Shown here: positions 33,190-33,780 of the stretch, one piece after another
Layout: each line of letters starts with the position of its first letter
Numbering within the stretch: position 1 is the stretch's first letter
IMG/VR virus record: IMGVR_UViG_3300027769_000083
Location: 1 to 33,780 of that record
Direction: 5' to 3' (one strand)
DNA: 33,780 nt
DNA from: a virus
Lineage: Duplodnaviria > Caudoviricetes
Notes under the pieces: generated by a model
Told to the model about the DNA's origin: nothing
The model's input: only the letters and a program-made list of their open reading frames with translations
The model's database searches: none
Translations under genes and position numbers: made by a program

Positions 33190-33779
33190 TATACTAATTT
33201 ATAATGATAATAATTATAAATCCATGTGGTATTCTTTGCAACTATCTTCTCATCATCATATTGCAAGTTTGAACCGTCTGCATTGAATGGCGTACAATCT
33301 ATAAAATTGTGTATCTTTCGAACAGGTTTATCACTACCTTTAGTATATTGTACTACCTGTATATCCGCTTTTAACGATGGCTTACCCGGGATCATTGCGT
33401 TCCCTCTATAGCCACATGCAATAATCCAAGGTTTAATAAGACCGTCCACGATATCTATATTTGTCTCCAATAAAGATATTGAAATTTCACGTTTGCCTCC
33501 GGAAGCGCGGTTTTTGATTACACTAGACTGCAAAAAACAATTATCTCCATCCATTGAGATAGGACTCATCTCTAAAGATTCACCTGGTATATCAACACTC
33601 TGAGCAAAATAAAGTCCTAAACCTTCTTCAGTGGGATTAGTTCGTGCACCTAAAAAATTTTCGAAATGTGAATATTTTGTTGCTTCGCGCAATTGCGAAT
33701 GATCCGCAGTAAAAAAACGTGATATTTCATTAAAAAATTGAAATAAATCACTCTTAGGTGCTATTCGTACCACCCATTG
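33189..33779 (-). CDS. Tail tube-fold protein (gp19/gp54-like), 5' truncated at window edge
   Basis: 'FAQSVDIPGES', 'ISLLETN......I.PW', 'ADIQV.QY', 'RK..NF.DC.P' and 'L.YD' fit the tube family. The frame stays open upstream of GTG 33773 (CAA TGG GTG) to the window end. Confidence 0.7.
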   Translation of the reverse strand, partial: QWVVRIAPKSDLFQFFNEISRFFTADHSQLREATKYSHFENFLGARTNPTEEGLGLYFAQSVDIPGESLEMSPISMDGDNCFLQSSVIKNRASGGKREISISLLETNIDIVDGLIKPWIIACGYRGNAMIPGKPSLKADIQVVQYTKGSDKPVRKIHNFIDCTPFNADGSNLQYDDEKIVAKNTTWIYNYYHYKLV

Positions 33780-33780
33780 T

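Noticed and set aside
862-33411. Short antisense ORFs in the track (862, 1492, 1921, 6395, 7124, 9179, 13219, 13561, 13973, 16979, 21672, 25708, 26080, 26984, 27392, 28003, 29957, 30923, 31919, 32150, 33226)
   Set aside because: All lie opposite longer, motif-supported genes, have no recognisable motifs or promoters, and are expected shadows of codon bias.
1-33780. Alternative genetic code (stop-codon reassignment)
   Set aside because: Conserved genes (gp6, gp25, gp44, dut) are full length in the standard code, coding density is near complete, and TAA, TAG and TGA all terminate genes.

Overview
This is an AT-rich, densely coded segment of a large T4-like (myovirus) phage genome. I see no tRNA, rRNA, CRISPR array or mobile element. 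It is mostly virion morphogenesis. At the left end are tail-fibre genes (+). These are followed by a long minus-strand block of peripheral baseplate/adhesin genes (Mtd-N fibre, beta-propeller, LamG and PKD proteins) that runs into gp6 and gp25, and then a second block with gp27-, gp53-, gp48-, tape-measure-, gp26/gp51- and tube-like genes plus a lytic transglycosylase. Two small non-structural islands interrupt this, each behind a sigma70-type promoter: (i) PD-(D/E)xK nuclease, DUF4240-like protein, HEXXH peptidase, Cys-rich protein and Zn-deaminase; (ii) dUTPase and a gp44-like clamp loader. A stand-alone gp16-like small terminase lies next to the second island. Most notable signals: (1) a Leu-Ser-small (LSA/LSG/LSS) tripeptide strongly enriched in outer virion proteins and almost absent from core and enzymatic proteins, a candidate virion-wide modification (glycosylation) sequon; (2) TAAATA late promoters exactly 5-6 nt before start codons with no Shine-Dalgarno sites, implying leaderless mRNAs; (3) recent ~55-codon duplications in the tape measure gene; (4) a LamG-like domain apparently split across two in-frame ORFs. 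All protein calls come from motif recognition by eye and all counts are hand counts; no database search was run.
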